Source: Camelus dromedarius
Taxonomy: Eukaryota
DNA length: 64,000 nt
Direction: 5' to 3'
Assembly: GCF_036321535.1 (NCBI RefSeq)
Contig: NC_087436.1
Span: 54,376,001-54,440,000 of the forward strand
The notes beneath the pieces were generated by a model, which was not told the DNA's origin, ran no database searches, and saw only the letters and a list, made by a program, of their open reading frames with translations. The translations under genes and the position numbers were made by a program. Positions 1 through 13,036 of this stretch are shown piece by piece (positions within the stretch are counted from its first letter, which is position 1; each line of letters begins with the position of its first letter).

Positions 1-189
1 AAATTTTAAGAATATGTACCTATTTTAAGTATACGTGAAACTAAGAATATTTTCTTTGCCCCGTATTTTGTGAGGGTGGGCTCCTTTAGTGGTTAAGTGT
101 TATAGTGGGTGTATTTTCTTCTACTTAGGGTAACAATTATAGTTTAGAATATCCAAAATTTGCACCTAATAATTACAAACCATCTGATT

Positions 190-530
190 TTTTTTTCCAG
201 TTTTATCTTGTAGCAACCTACCCTAGAATTGGGTGGGAACTGTTTATTGCTCCAGGGACAGCTAGGGGTTGAGGAGGAGGCTCAGCTGATGTTGGCTGGA
301 GGTCAGCTGACAATTCGTTGATCTAGACTGGCTGTTGTTGGGGCCAATGGAGCAGTTTAGATGTGCCCCATGTGGCTCTCATTCTCCATCAGGTTAACCT
401 AGGCATGTTCTATTCTTGGCAAGATTGGAAGAGAGCAAGCTTCATTGTATGCATCCACCCATTTCAAGCTTCTGTTTGCTCTGTGTTTAAAATTTTCATC
501 GGCATAGCATCTGTATGGGCCTAGAATAAA
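190..530. mobile_element. Old MaLR/ERVL LTR fragment (MLT-like)
   Basis: GC-richer patch with MLT-like motifs (ggctcagctg...ggctggagg; ccccatgtggctctcattctccatcagg...aggcatgttc). Confidence 0.45.
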
Positions 531-2696
531 GGGGTTTCCTTTACGTTTTACTTTCATTGCAGTGTTTCTAATTTTCTCTTCTCATCACTTGACTCCTTCT
601 TAACCTTTGTTGAGTTTCAATAACTTCTTTTTCCTCTAAAATGCCAAATTTGTAGAAAAAGACCAATCAGACTAACAAAAGATGTGGATGTGTTATAAGT
701 ATAACATGAAAAAACTGATTAACACATTATTCAAATGCTCATTTAATGTAAAGTGATCTCCTAACTTTGAAGACAAAGCAGATATCTGATTTTAGGGAAA
801 ATTGCTTTCACAATACCAATTTTCTAAGTGTTAAAGATGAATAATAAACTACATGGAAATGTAAATTATATAAGATATATTTCCTTGCTATCTTTTGTAA
901 TTAAGTGTAGCAAATATTGTAAAATTTAAACTCCAATAGCAACAATAGTTTATTGTTAAAACTGGCTGCCACGTCTAGTTGTCAGAGATACTCAGTGTCT
1001 TCTAAAATTTTTTCCCGTTTCCAAATGAAATGGGAATCATTGAGGATAAATGACAGGACCTTAAGAAAATTTAAACTAGAAGAAAGGAAAATAAAATCAA
1101 ACTCCCTGGTTCATTTACTGCACTCCTTTGTGGGTTTGTTACAGGTATAAAATGGAAAAACTGATTAAAAGAATGCATTGTACTTGCTATTTAGTCAGTA
1201 TTTTAATAGAGGGAAAAGAGAAGCATAATTAGTAATGGAATAAACACTATAAAGCCTCTTCTTGAATTATCAACAGCTGAGTTTCATTTGCTTTTTAAGC
1301 CATAAAATCACTGAGCTTCTAAATTTGAGGCCAAAAGAAAATTTTCTTATGAGTATCCAAAAATGTGTTACAGTTACTTATGCTGAATATTTTAAGATTA
1401 CAGATATGATAGTGAGATATTTCTCACACCTTAAAAATACTTACATTTATTTTGAATTATTGAAATGTAATGAATATTTACTTGTTAAGTGAACTACCTA
1501 CTTGAAACAAATTGTATGTGATAAAATTGAACATGTGTTATGATAGCTAAATTAAATATAAATAATAATTAGAAGAGATAGAAGAAACAGATGTTAGCAG
1601 CCAGTTAAACATGTTAATTATTTAAGATGGCATTGAATTTATCTGTTTGACAAAAAAACAAGTACTAAAAGAAAACTTAATTGCTAATTATTTTTCCTAT
1701 AAAAGCAAGAATTAACATTCTTCTGAAGATGTAATTCATTAATTTTTAATTAAAAGTTGGTTTATTTTGATTTTAAAATTCTTTAACAAATTCTATATTG
1801 GATGGAAAAATTAAAATCATTAAATATCCTTTTAGTTTTGTTAATGCCTATAAATACACTGTAGACTCATAAATGAAGTAGTAGAAATCATATTCTACAT
1901 ACAATGAATGTTCATTTTATTAATCTCTGTGTACTCATTAGTAAGAGTGTTTTATTTTTAAATATTTAGGAACAAAAGCAATTTTGTATTTGTAATTTCC
2001 TAATTTAATTTAAATTTCAACTGTTTTAAATATTTAATCTTAATCTTTGTGAATAGGTGTTTCTTTCTCATATTTGACTGCTATACCCAGTCTTAGATTA
2101 TTAATTTTGGAAGCATTTGATTTATTTAAAAGGAATCTTTCCTCTGTTTACCAATAACTGCTCATAATGACTGAATAAATAACAGTAATGAGGGGAAGAA
2201 AACCAACATGTAATGGACAATGAGTCTTTGAGAAAGGTTGGTTTGGATGTCCTGTATTTTGTTATAAATTTTGCATTTTGTGTTAAAAGAGGCCATATAT
2301 ATAGTCTATTGACCCAACCAATATTTAAATCCTTTAAAAATATCCCCAACTAAATATATTGAGCTATTTGAACCTCCCAGTGTCAGGAAAATTTTCAAGC
2401 ACCTTAAAACTGCTAATTTCATTTTTTTTTTTTTTATCACCTCTGCAAGTTAGAAGATTCTCTCTAATATTCAGCTGAATTGGATTTTCCTAAAGCTTTC
2501 AGTTATTGGTCCTAATTTAACCCAGTAAGAATACCCAGAATAGTTCTACTGCTTTTATATTTGACCACTCATTAAATATTGAGTGCTACAGTGTCCATCT
2601 ACATTTTTTCTTCAGTAAATATAACATCCCAGTTTCTTCAACTGTACCTAATATGAAATGGTCTTGAAGTTTTTAATTATTCAGTTTATCTGACAC

Positions 2697-3128
2697 TATT
2701 AGTCCAACTTCTCTAGGCTTTCCTGTGGTAACAAACAACCCTATAATCTTAGTGGTTATACAAACAGAGGTTAATTTTTCACTCATATAATAGGTCAGCT
2801 ATTTATTTGCTGAAGTTTTCCTCCATATATCTTCATTTTAGGACGCAGGCTGAAGGAGCAGCCCCTAAGTGATGCCATTTAATAGAGGAAAAAGTGTAAA
2901 ATTTGCTCCAAACTGCTGTATATCTTTTACTTATATTTTGCTCATATATTTTGCTTTTACTCATTTTTTTTAAGCTAAAGCAAGTCACATAGTCATATCT
3001 AACATTGATGGGATAGGGAAATATATACCTGCCACTTGAATGTGCTCTAAATCACACAGCAAAGGGCAGAGATCTACAAGCCTCTTAAAGGAAGGACAGT
3101 GAACAATTAAGAATAATAACACAATCTT
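2697..3128. mobile_element. MLT1-type MaLR solo LTR (old; MLT1J/K-like)
   Basis: Motifs gtaacaaacaaccc...tcttagtggtt, caggctgaaggagcagccc and gctaaagcaagtcacatag...gggatagggaaatata are typical of old MLT1 LTRs. Confidence 0.65.
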
Positions 3129-3989
3129 GAACACGTCCTGTCTTTCTCAATACATCACTTAAAGTGAAGTTCCTAAGATTAGACAGTATACAGGGAGTGT
3201 TCTGAGCAGTTCTGAGTAGAGTCTCATTATTGTTCTTGTTCTACATTCTACATTATTAATTCAGACCAAGATTTGCAACAGCTCTTTAGCAATCATATTG
3301 ACTAGGCCTCTGTTATCGATCATGGCTATTCTTTATGACCATCCAGAGAAGTCTCTGCACTATGTATGATTACTTGTGATTACATGTTAGCTATATTCTC
3401 CATACTTAGTTGAACACAAATATAGGACAAAAGTTAAGAATTATAGAGTATCAGCACTAAACACTAAGTTGGAGACTATGACAGGGCCCTACATAGTCTT
3501 ATTATGTGGAGGGTAAGTGATATGTTTAGATTTACCATTTATCACTTACCACCTGGCATCCCTTGGTCTGGATGCATCTGTGTCTAAGAAGCAAAGAAAA
3601 AGGGTAAGTAAGATAGGCACAAATGTTTTTGTCAATGCCATGGCCTTATTTCCTGGTTAATGAGGAATTTAGTTGCTATTAATTATATCAGTCAACACAC
3701 TTTTTTCTCTTGAGAGGAGCAAGATAGATGGTAAGGAAAAAACCCAGACATGTTTCTTACTATATTAGTAAAAATTCAATCACCACTTCTTTTACACACA
3801 TACACTTTTAATTACTCCCACTCATCTTGTGCAGTTCTTTCTTTAGTCTTAACTGCAGGACCTAAACTTTATTCCTGCTGTATTTCCTTTGTAGTGTAGT
3901 TTACTTGTCTACTGAGGTTATTTTGGATACCAATTCTCTCGTAAGATATATCCTTGATCCTTCCAGCCTTGTATCCTTTAACCTCCAAA

Positions 3990-4510
3990 AGAACAATTAT
4001 TTGTGGTATATTTGCTTTGTACTAAGGCATTGGGCTGAATATGACAGATACAGTAGTGCACAAAGTTCATACAGCCTCTGACCTAACATGTCTTACAGTC
4101 TGGACAGGGATATCAGCTACTATACAAATACTTTATAATTGCAAACCAAAGTCAGTGCTGTGAATAAAAGTAAAGGATACTGTGGAAGTGTATACAGAGG
4201 GGGTCTGTTTTAGTCTTCAGATTAGGAAGGCCACCCTAGGTAAGTGCCAACTGAACTGAGGTCTGTGAAAGCTTACTCTCTGTGTATGTGTGCAGTGTGT
4301 TGTGGAGGTTGGGTTTGAAGAGTGATCCAGGCAGAGGCACCACTATGTTCTATGACTCTGAGCAGAGCACATTCAAAGAACTGAAAAAAGGGAAGTGTGG
4401 CTAAAATGGAGAGTAGGGAAGGGAGGTACAAGACAAGGGTGGAGAAGTGGGCTTGCGTCAAATCATGTAGGCCTTGCAGACCATATTTAAAATGTTTAAT
4501 CTTTATGCAA
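3990..4510 (-). mobile_element. L2 LINE 3' fragment
   Basis: Resembles the reverse complement of the L2 3' end (gatacagtagtgcacaaag...cttacagtctgg; gcagaggcaccact...ggctaaaatggag...atcatgtaggccttgcagaccat). Confidence 0.65.
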
Positions 4511-5633
4511 TGAAAAATGTGACTTCAGTAGCATCATTTAAGATGAAGATAAAAAATGCTGAACACAGTGATGTCAAGAAAATCAAGAGCAATATCCTAC
4601 TGGTTAATGTTGATAATTAATCAGTAATTTGCATAACGTCATATAGAATGAGTTCCCTTTCCTGGTAGGGCTGGTCATGGGTTCACTCTATGGAGCTGGA
4701 GATGGAAGAGGGAGTGCCTGTCGCTGGAATAACAGAAATGACTATATGAGGGGAATAAGACCCTGAAGTGAATTTTGAAGCTGAGTTTAATAAGCTGTAA
4801 AAGCAAAGATCAGATGAGTCTAGAGAAATATTAATTCCTATAGGTATTAAAAAAATAACAACTGAGGTCAAAGAGTGAAGGCTGAAGGCTGAGCATAATC
4901 TGACTGTCTAAGTAGTTGCCTAGGACAGGTGTGCTTTTGTCTGGACTGATTCATACGAGAGTTACAGTGTGGTATGTGGAATAGCCAAATGTGAACTATG
5001 TATATTTACATTAAATAATACAGCCCTTGTGCATTGATATAGTGAGAAATTATTCAACTGCCTTGATAAAGTCTAGATAGACCATATTTATGGCTCACTG
5101 TTCCACAGAGTAGCAAACAGGAACATTGATCTATTGTTTGTAGAATCTCCCCTTTTCCAATTAGAAAAAGCAATTGAAATTACTTTAAACCATTTCTGCT
5201 TCCTCACACCTCTCATTTTCTTTACATTCCTTCCCATATCACTGTAATGCTCCTGTAATTTAAGTTTCAATTTGCTTCACTTTCCTGAGCATCTAAACTG
5301 GTAGACTTGAATTTCCTAAATTTGGATTTCTGAGAAGACATGTGCATTCCTGTTTGGATTTCTGTTTCCCTTATTATCAACCTTTCCCTGCCCTTTTCAA
5401 TTACCTAAAATATACTAAGCTGAGACAAGAAAAACAATTTGGAGTTGCAGCCAACTTAGAGCAGAGGGTTCTGCTACCAGTTAAGTAGTGCCATACTATG
5501 AGTAAATCACTAGATGTAAATAGTCTGTCTTACCTATTTTTTTTTAATTTCTTAAATTATAAACATAACTTAAAACATTTTTAGAAGGTACAACTCATTT
5601 GCAGCATAGCCTTCCTGATTTAATTCTTTTAGA

Positions 5634-5756
5634 TAGAGTGATCATATAATATTACTCATTTAAGAGGCCTTTGAGAGAAAAAGAGCTCTATTAATGTTCA
5701 GACAAAAGGCACAAAATAAGACTATGCTAGTCAAATTGGAACATTTGGTTACCCTG
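5634..5756. mobile_element. MER94-like hAT-Blackjack MITE
   Basis: Degenerate TIRs tagagtgatcatata / atttggttaccctg enclosing ~120 bp with ctttgagag...ctattaat. Confidence 0.6.
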
Positions 5757-7059
5757 CTTATAGGTCTTATATTTGTCCTTAGTTAAATGCATCTCATAAA
5801 GCTTTGATGTGAAATTCAGTAAACTACACAATAGAAATGTGTAGCATTACTTAACATTTAAATATACTGGAAAGCTTTAAAATCCTTGCCATTAGATTTA
5901 AATAATCTTTTGCTTGTATAGAATTTTAGCCTGTATTTTAGCCTGTCTTTGTATTTAAAATGATTAGTCTCCTGTTTTCTAAAATCCAAGGTCCAGATGT
6001 TCGGGCAGCATGTTTAAATTTACCATTAGCACCTATATGCTACATAAGTAACTAACACTGTATAGGTAACTACGTGCTGGTCTTTATTTCATTCTTGGGG
6101 TAGAAGGCTCTTATTTTCTAGTATTAATATTTGTATCCAGTTTTTCTTTTTGAATATATAACACAGAATATTATATTTGCAGTTAGGTCTTCTGAGAGTC
6201 AAGACCGAGAGAACATTAGACAGATTTAATCAAGAAGCTTTGAATATGAGAGCAAGGAGATGTGTTAACACTTATGCAAAAACTGTAATACATTGTTCTC
6301 TTTTAGCCGTAAGATTTTAACAATAATATATCTTTGCATAATCTGATAATGATAGCTAAGGAAATGAAAATATTTCACAAGAAATTGAAGAGTTCTTGAA
6401 TGACTTGTTCTGTTTTTTTGTCTTGAGGCAATTTTTAGGTTTCAGTTTGGAATACTTTTAGTCTGTATTTAGTTTGGATTTAATGTAAAGTATTTTTCAA
6501 ATAGGAGAGAGGCAATAGCTTTGATTTTCTTTTCCACTGCTGTTGTAAAATAAGATTTTCTTTCTGTATCTTTTTTTCCCCTGGGGCATTTTAGCTTCAT
6601 GCTCCTCATAATTGAAGTAAGTGTGTGTGTATTTGTTAATGGTGTTCACCTCTATAAGGCAAATGAGATTCTTTTCATAGGGAGAATGCTTCCTATTAGG
6701 ACAAAAGCTCTCATTTTTTTTTAGCTGTCCCCAGTCATGTTCTCCTTTCCCTTCTGTTATCAGCTGCTAGCTGTATGGGCAGAACAGGTCTGAACCTAAT
6801 GTTCCTGTAAAGATTGGTCACTAGGGAACGCATAGAATGTGCTTTATCTCAAATGTGTTAATCCTACTCTATTAAGAAGGAGAAAGATAAATCTGACAGA
6901 ATGAAAAATACAAAATGAGTCATTTTGTTTCTGTAGGGTTAAAAGATCTTTAGAAATATATTTTTCTTTAAAAATAAGAAAAAGGAAAGAAATCCTGCCA
7001 CCAATAAAAGTGTTGTTAGACACTAGCTGCACTGAATACATATTTAAATATATCTTTAA

Positions 7060-8045
7060 AAACTCCAAAGCTTCTTTATAGCAAAGGAAGCAAAATGAAA
7101 AGATAACCTATGGAACGGAAACAAATATTTGCAAACCACGTATCTGATAAGAGATTAATCTCCAAAATATATAAGGAACTCCTACGACTCAATAGCCCCA
7201 AAATCTCTAATAACTATTAAAAAATGGGCTAAGGACTTAAGTAGATAATGTTGCTCCAAAGAAGGCATATAAATGACCCAACAGTATGTTAAAAAACACT
7301 CTGTGTCACTAATCATCAAGGAAATGCAAATCAAAACCCCAATGAGATATTATCTCACACCTGTCAGGATGGCTTTTATCAAAAATAGCAAAAGACAACA
7401 AGTGTTGGCAAGAATGTGGAGAAACTGGAACCCTTGCACACTGTTGGTGGGAATGTAGATGGTGCAGCTGCTATGGAAAACAATATGAAGTTTCCTCAAA
7501 AAATTTAAAAAAGAACTACCATATGATCTGGCAATCCTACTTTACTTTTTTATCTGAAAAAATTAAAATCAGAGTTCTGAAGAGATTTTAGTACTCCCAT
7601 GTTTACTGCAGAACTATTTACAATAGCTAAGGTGTGGAAACAACCTAAATATCCGTTGACAGATACGTGGATAATGTATTGTATATATATACTGGAATAC
7701 TATTCAGCCTTAAAGAAGAAGGAGATTCTGTATAATGGGACAACGTGGATGAACCTTGAGGGCATTATAGTGAATTAAATAGGTCAGTCTCAGAACAACA
7801 AATACTGTATGTTCTCACTTGTACAAAGTATCTAAAATAGTCAAATTCATAGAATCAGTGGAATCGTGGTTCCCATGGACTAGGAGGGGGGAAAGGGGTA
7901 GTTTCTAATCAATGGCACGAAGTTTCAATTAAGCAAGATGAGTAAGCTCTAGAGATCTAGATACACCTCTAGTCAACAATAAAGTACACATAAATGTTTT
8001 TTAAGAGAATAGATCTTATGTTGTGTTCTTACCACAATATGAAAT
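7060..8045 (+). mobile_element. L1 3' end (ORF2 C-terminus plus 3' UTR), L1MA-type, 5' truncated
   Basis: ORF 7273-7458 (SLIIKEMQIKTPMRYYLTPVRMA) is L1 ORF2 C-terminal. The 3' UTR contains aagcaagatgagtaagctctagagatct and ends tcttaccacaat. Confidence 0.9.
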
Positions 8046-8450
8046 CTTAAAAATAACCTTGAAAAATTGAAGTGGAAACTTATGTTTCCATGTTTTAAAA
8101 CCCAAGGACCCTGAAGATGGAGTAGATTTTTTTTCCCAGTCTACTAGTCTGTACTTTGGCTATGCATTTTTTTATTTCGGTTATATTTTCCTGAATTGTA
8201 GCCATATATATTAGTTAAACATTTAATTCACTTAATAGTAAAACCAGCAAAAAAGTGGTGGTGAAAAATTGTTGCTAAGTGAATTCTGGAATTCTTAATA
8301 GAGGTTCCAGGAAGATAAAAGCCTCAGGATGCTGTGTAAATTAGGAGGAAAAAAGGCCATCATTTCCATCTCTTCAAAAAAATTTTTTTTCTTGTTCTTT
8401 CTTAATTAGAGGGAAAATGTCTTTTATTTTTTATCATTTCCCCAACTGAC

Positions 8451-9315
8451 TGTGGTAGTAGAATAGTGGCCTCCCCAAAGATACATCCTAATCCTCAGAA
8501 CCTGTGACTATGTCTTGTTACAAGGTGTACTCATTTGCTAAAGCTGCCATAACAATCACAAACTGGATGCCTTAAAGCAATAATTTATAGCCACTGCTCT
8601 AGAGGCAAGAAGTTCCCATAAAGAAGTCAGCAGAGGGCATGCTCCCTTTGAAACCTGTGGAAGAGAATCCATTATTGCCTCTTCTAGTCTCTGGTGTTTG
8701 CTTGGCCTTCCTTGGCTGGTAGATGTGTCATTCCAGTCCCTGCCTACTTGGTCACGTGGCTATCTTCCCTCTGTGTGTCATATTGTCTGCTTTTATTATA
8801 AGAGCAAGTTGATACCAGATTAAGGACTCACAGTCCTCCAGTACGAGCTTATTTTAACTAATCTACAACAACACTATTTCCAAATAAGGTCACATTCTGA
8901 GGTCTTTAGAGTTACAACTTCAGCATATCTTTTTGGGTGACACATTTCAACCCATAATACGTGGCAGGAATAATTAAGATTACAGGCTGCTAATCAGCTG
9001 ATTTTGAGATAGGGAGATTATCCTGGATTTATCAAGGGGGACCAGTATAATCACAAGAATCCTTATAAATGTAAGAGGGAAGCAGGAGGCTCAGAGTGAT
9101 TCATTGTGAGAGAGATTTAACATGCTACTGCTGACTTTGAAGACTGGAGTTGTGAGCCAAGGAGTGTAACACTAGAAGCTAGAAAACGTAAGGAAGTGGA
9201 TTCTCTCTTAGAGCTTTGAGAGAGGAATGCAGCTCCACGGACATCTTAATTTTAGCCCAGCGAGACCCTTTTTAAAACTTCTTACCTCTAGAGCTATGAG
9301 AACATAAATTTGCAT
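8451..9315 (+). mobile_element. MLT1D-like MaLR LTR, split by a nested LTR at 8526-8959
   Basis: Starts tgtggtagtagaatagtggcctccccaaagat and resumes after 8960 with gagatagggagattatcctgg...tagaagctagaaaa...ataaatttg. Confidence 0.8.
8526..8959 (-). mobile_element. MLT1C-like MaLR solo LTR nested in the MLT1D-like LTR
   Basis: tgtactcatttgctaaagctgccataaca...ctatttccaaataaggtcacattctgagg...ttcaacccataata. Degenerate 5-bp TSD caagg (8521-8525) / cgtgg (8960-8964). Confidence 0.8.
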
Positions 9316-10366
9316 TAGCCCCCGACCCTTATGTGTTTTCTGCAAAGGACCATCCTGACCTGACATCCTCTGATATAAGGCCAACTCCATCTTTTCTCAT
9401 GACACTCTCTGCAATGGCCTGAATAACTGTTTCCTTAATTGTCCAGTGTATTTTGTCTTTCTCATCAGGTAACAATTCAAATGTAAATATTATGTAGCCA
9501 TTTTCCTAGGTCTTTTTGCAGTGCCCTTCCCTAGCAGGTATATTATTTCCAGATTTCTGTCATCTTGCTAAATCCTTTTTCTGTTTTCCCATCTAAAATG
9601 TCTTGTCTCTGTAGTTTATTGGGTTCTTCATACTTTTCCTGTCTGGAATGCCAGAACAAAATAAAATCAAATATCTTTCATTTTCTAAAAGAATCTTTTA
9701 TTTGCTTTAAAAAAAAATACTTTCTTTACAGATCATCCTCTAGGGCCTCTCTATTCTCACACAAATGGCCTTCTAAAATGGTTTGAAAAACTAAAATCAT
9801 TTTTTCCTGAAATATCTGCCACCATCTCTTCACATACCATTTTATTTCTCATTTAAAAAAATTGGAGGCCAGTAATTCAGATCCCCTAAAGCCTAGACTG
9901 ATAACTTCAAATAATATGTGAAAATAATAACTATAAATAACTTTAATTAAAATTACTTACATTTACAACATATCTCATTTAGTAATGTTTACCAACAACT
10001 TTGTAATGTAGATTTTCTTTTCTTCAGTGAAGGTGACTGTGTGTCAGAGAAAGTAGGTGTCTTGCTCTTAATTTTATAAAGTAAATTAAGGCTAATGTAA
10101 GACCAATGCTATAGTAACAGATGCTAAACTCACAACCTATTCAACCTATCTACATCCCCGTTAAATATGTATAAGAAAATGACAAGGAAAACACACATTA
10201 CACAGAAACAGGATGAACTCACTGACCACTAATAATGCATGAATACATTTGTTTGGAAACTTGGTATTTTTGAGTTAGTGGGTGCTTTGGTCTCATTGTA
10301 CATAAAGTGTTGTAAATATTAATCAGAAGGAGATCTGTTGTTTTGTGTTAGGGATATATATGCATA

Positions 10367-10390
10367 TGTGTGTGTGTGTGTGTGTGTGTG
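10367..10390. repeat. (TG)12 microsatellite
   Basis: Direct read. Confidence 0.95.
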
Positions 10391-12839
10391 TATGTACATA
10401 CATATGTTTAGAAGTAAAAATAGTGTTAATTGGAAAGTTTTTAGTGTCAAAGAATATTTCAAGAAGGACTTCCTTTCAAAGTATTTACTTTCTTGTAACC
10501 ACAAGTCTGAGTTAAGCCCATATTGCACTTGAGAGTCAATCTCACAGAGCACAGCATTCACCTAATTGCTGCCTAGCGTTAGTTATAATAAGAAAATGCA
10601 TTTGTGGTTATAGTGTGCTTAATTAGGAGAAAAGATGCTTGTAATATAATTAACTTTATTTTGGGGGAAGGTCAGGGAGGAGTTTTCAGAGGGTTTTTGT
10701 TATGAAGAAAAGATGAAAGGATGAGTTAATGAAGAGACAGACTTGAATTATCAATTAAAAGTCCTGTACCAAGTTTTCATCTTCATGGATACGACATGTC
10801 ATATGCAGCAAGTATAAATAAAGGGCATATCTATGAGCACATCTTTCAATTGATGTTTTTACTACTTGGAAGAAAGTCCAGAGGTCTTGAAATAGTAGGT
10901 GCATTCTTAAGTGGCTCTTACAAATGATTGTTTTGAGTTATAATCAACATTAGTAGCTTGCTGCCTTATTTCCTAGTCACTTACTATAGCAAAGAGGAGT
11001 CCATCTTCCCAGAGAAGATAGGATAATAGAAAAGGGAGGCAATGTGATAAGCACATAGAGATTTAATCAGGTGTATGCAGATTTAAAAAACTATTTTAAA
11101 TGGTCTATTACCAGTTTTATTCTACTGAAATTGAAAGGAGGAAAATAGAAATAGTGGAAATGCTCCTGTACTTCTTGAAATTAGAAGAAGGAACAAGGAA
11201 TTGAGGGAATTCCTCCTAAGAAACACTAATTTCTCCTTAAACTAGGAGGCAAAATCATTTTCTGAAAGGACAGGGAATTGGAACAATCTATAAAGAATGT
11301 AGGAGGGAATACTTCTCTTGCATTTTTAATAAGTTTATCTATCTAATGATTTCTAAATATAAAACATCACAGTATGCTAAGGTAGGATGTGTCATGGAGT
11401 GATTCATTCATGTCCTTCAACAGGTGGGAAGATTTGAAATAACTCTCGTCGGGGAAGAGGAAGGAGAGAAAAAGATAATTTTTTTTTTTTTTTTAAGCAG
11501 AGGCAGAGTAAAGAGAATACAGAGGAGAAAAATTCTGATTAGAAACGAATTAGAGATATACTCAGTCAATGTTGGTTTGTCCAATAGAAGACACAGTTTT
11601 CTTTGTTGATGTGAATCTTATGCCAGGTGTCATGAGTATTTATTTTACATCTTTAGAGCATCTCTGACTGAGCTGTGTTTTCTAAGACTTTTATCCATGG
11701 ACTTCTTAATGTTTAAAACCAAAGAACATAGCATGGAATAAAGATAGGAATACATAAAAATAAGATGGATCTTATACATCTTTCATAGAGGATAATTTTC
11801 TAAGAATTCAAATTTAGAGCTTTCAACCAGTCTTCAGCATATTAAGGGAGCCCAGTAAATATAAATTAATTTAAAGGCTTAGCTGATTTATTTGTTTAAT
11901 ACAATATTGGTCAAATTTAGATATACATACAATGCCAGTCTATATTTGAGAACTAAATATTTTATAAACATAACAAAGATGGAGAGAAATGAAGGGAATA
12001 TAAAGTTTATTTTCTTAAGGAAATGGACAATTTATACTACTAGGGAAAAGAAAATGCAGTATGTCTGTGGAAAATAGGCTTATGTCAGAGAAAATAAAGA
12101 TAACTCAGTTGTAGAGCAGATATTGATAAATCTTTACAACAGAAAAAAATCCTAGAGCATGCAACATGAGCATAGTTTTTCCCCTTTGAACTATTATGTT
12201 GCTTTCCATGAACCATTTATTCAGGTAGAATGTTTTTTGGGGTTTTATACATTATGCTCTGTTTGCAGTTACAAGTACATTGTTAGAGGACATGCCTTAA
12301 TCACTAATAGATATGTTGTACAATTCTCTGCTAGATTTAAAAAATATTTTATACTTAAGAAGCTATAGGTAAAGACTCATTTTTATTAGGTATTTATTAG
12401 GTAAATGAAAATAATAAAAATGAAAAAATACACCTTTTCCCCCAAGAACTTGCCACACACAAAAAAGATTTTTTTTTTTTTTTTTGGCGTTTGAAGATGA
12501 GCAGAAGCCAGAATTAACCTTGTTGGTTGGTTTAATTTGACCTCATTAACCTCAGTCACCCATTTACCCAGAGTGGTGTTTCCAAAAATATGGTCAGCAA
12601 AACTAGCCACAGGATATTCCTGTGTCATGAATGAGGTAAGCAGATTCTAGGGTGGCCTCGATGATTCTCGGGTCTGGCATTCATGGCCTTGAGTTTAGAT
12701 CTATGATAACAGGCAGGGGAGAAAAGGTTGTATGTGCTGATGCTGGTAGTTGGGCAGATGGTAATGGAGGGTCTATGGAAATCTCCTCCAATTAATTTTC
12801 TCAGTGAGACAGTAGATACTATAACCGGCTGAGAGTGAG

Positions 12840-13035
12840 GATTTATTGGGTGATTGAGAAGAGAGAAGTTGTGAAATAGTCATTTAGGAGCGGGAGACTA
12901 CATAGACCAGACAGAAGTAGTATGATGAATGGTATCGTTAAGAGTCCATAGAGATGGGAATTAGATATCTGAGTCTGGGAATTGGGAGAGAAGTCTGGTC
13001 TAGACATAGAAATTTGGGAATTAAGAACCCATCTG
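12840..13035 (-). mobile_element. L2 fragment
   Basis: ttagatatctgagtctgggaattgggagagaagtctggtctagacatagaaatttgggaat is typical of L2 in reverse orientation. Confidence 0.55.
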
Positions 13036-13036
13036 A

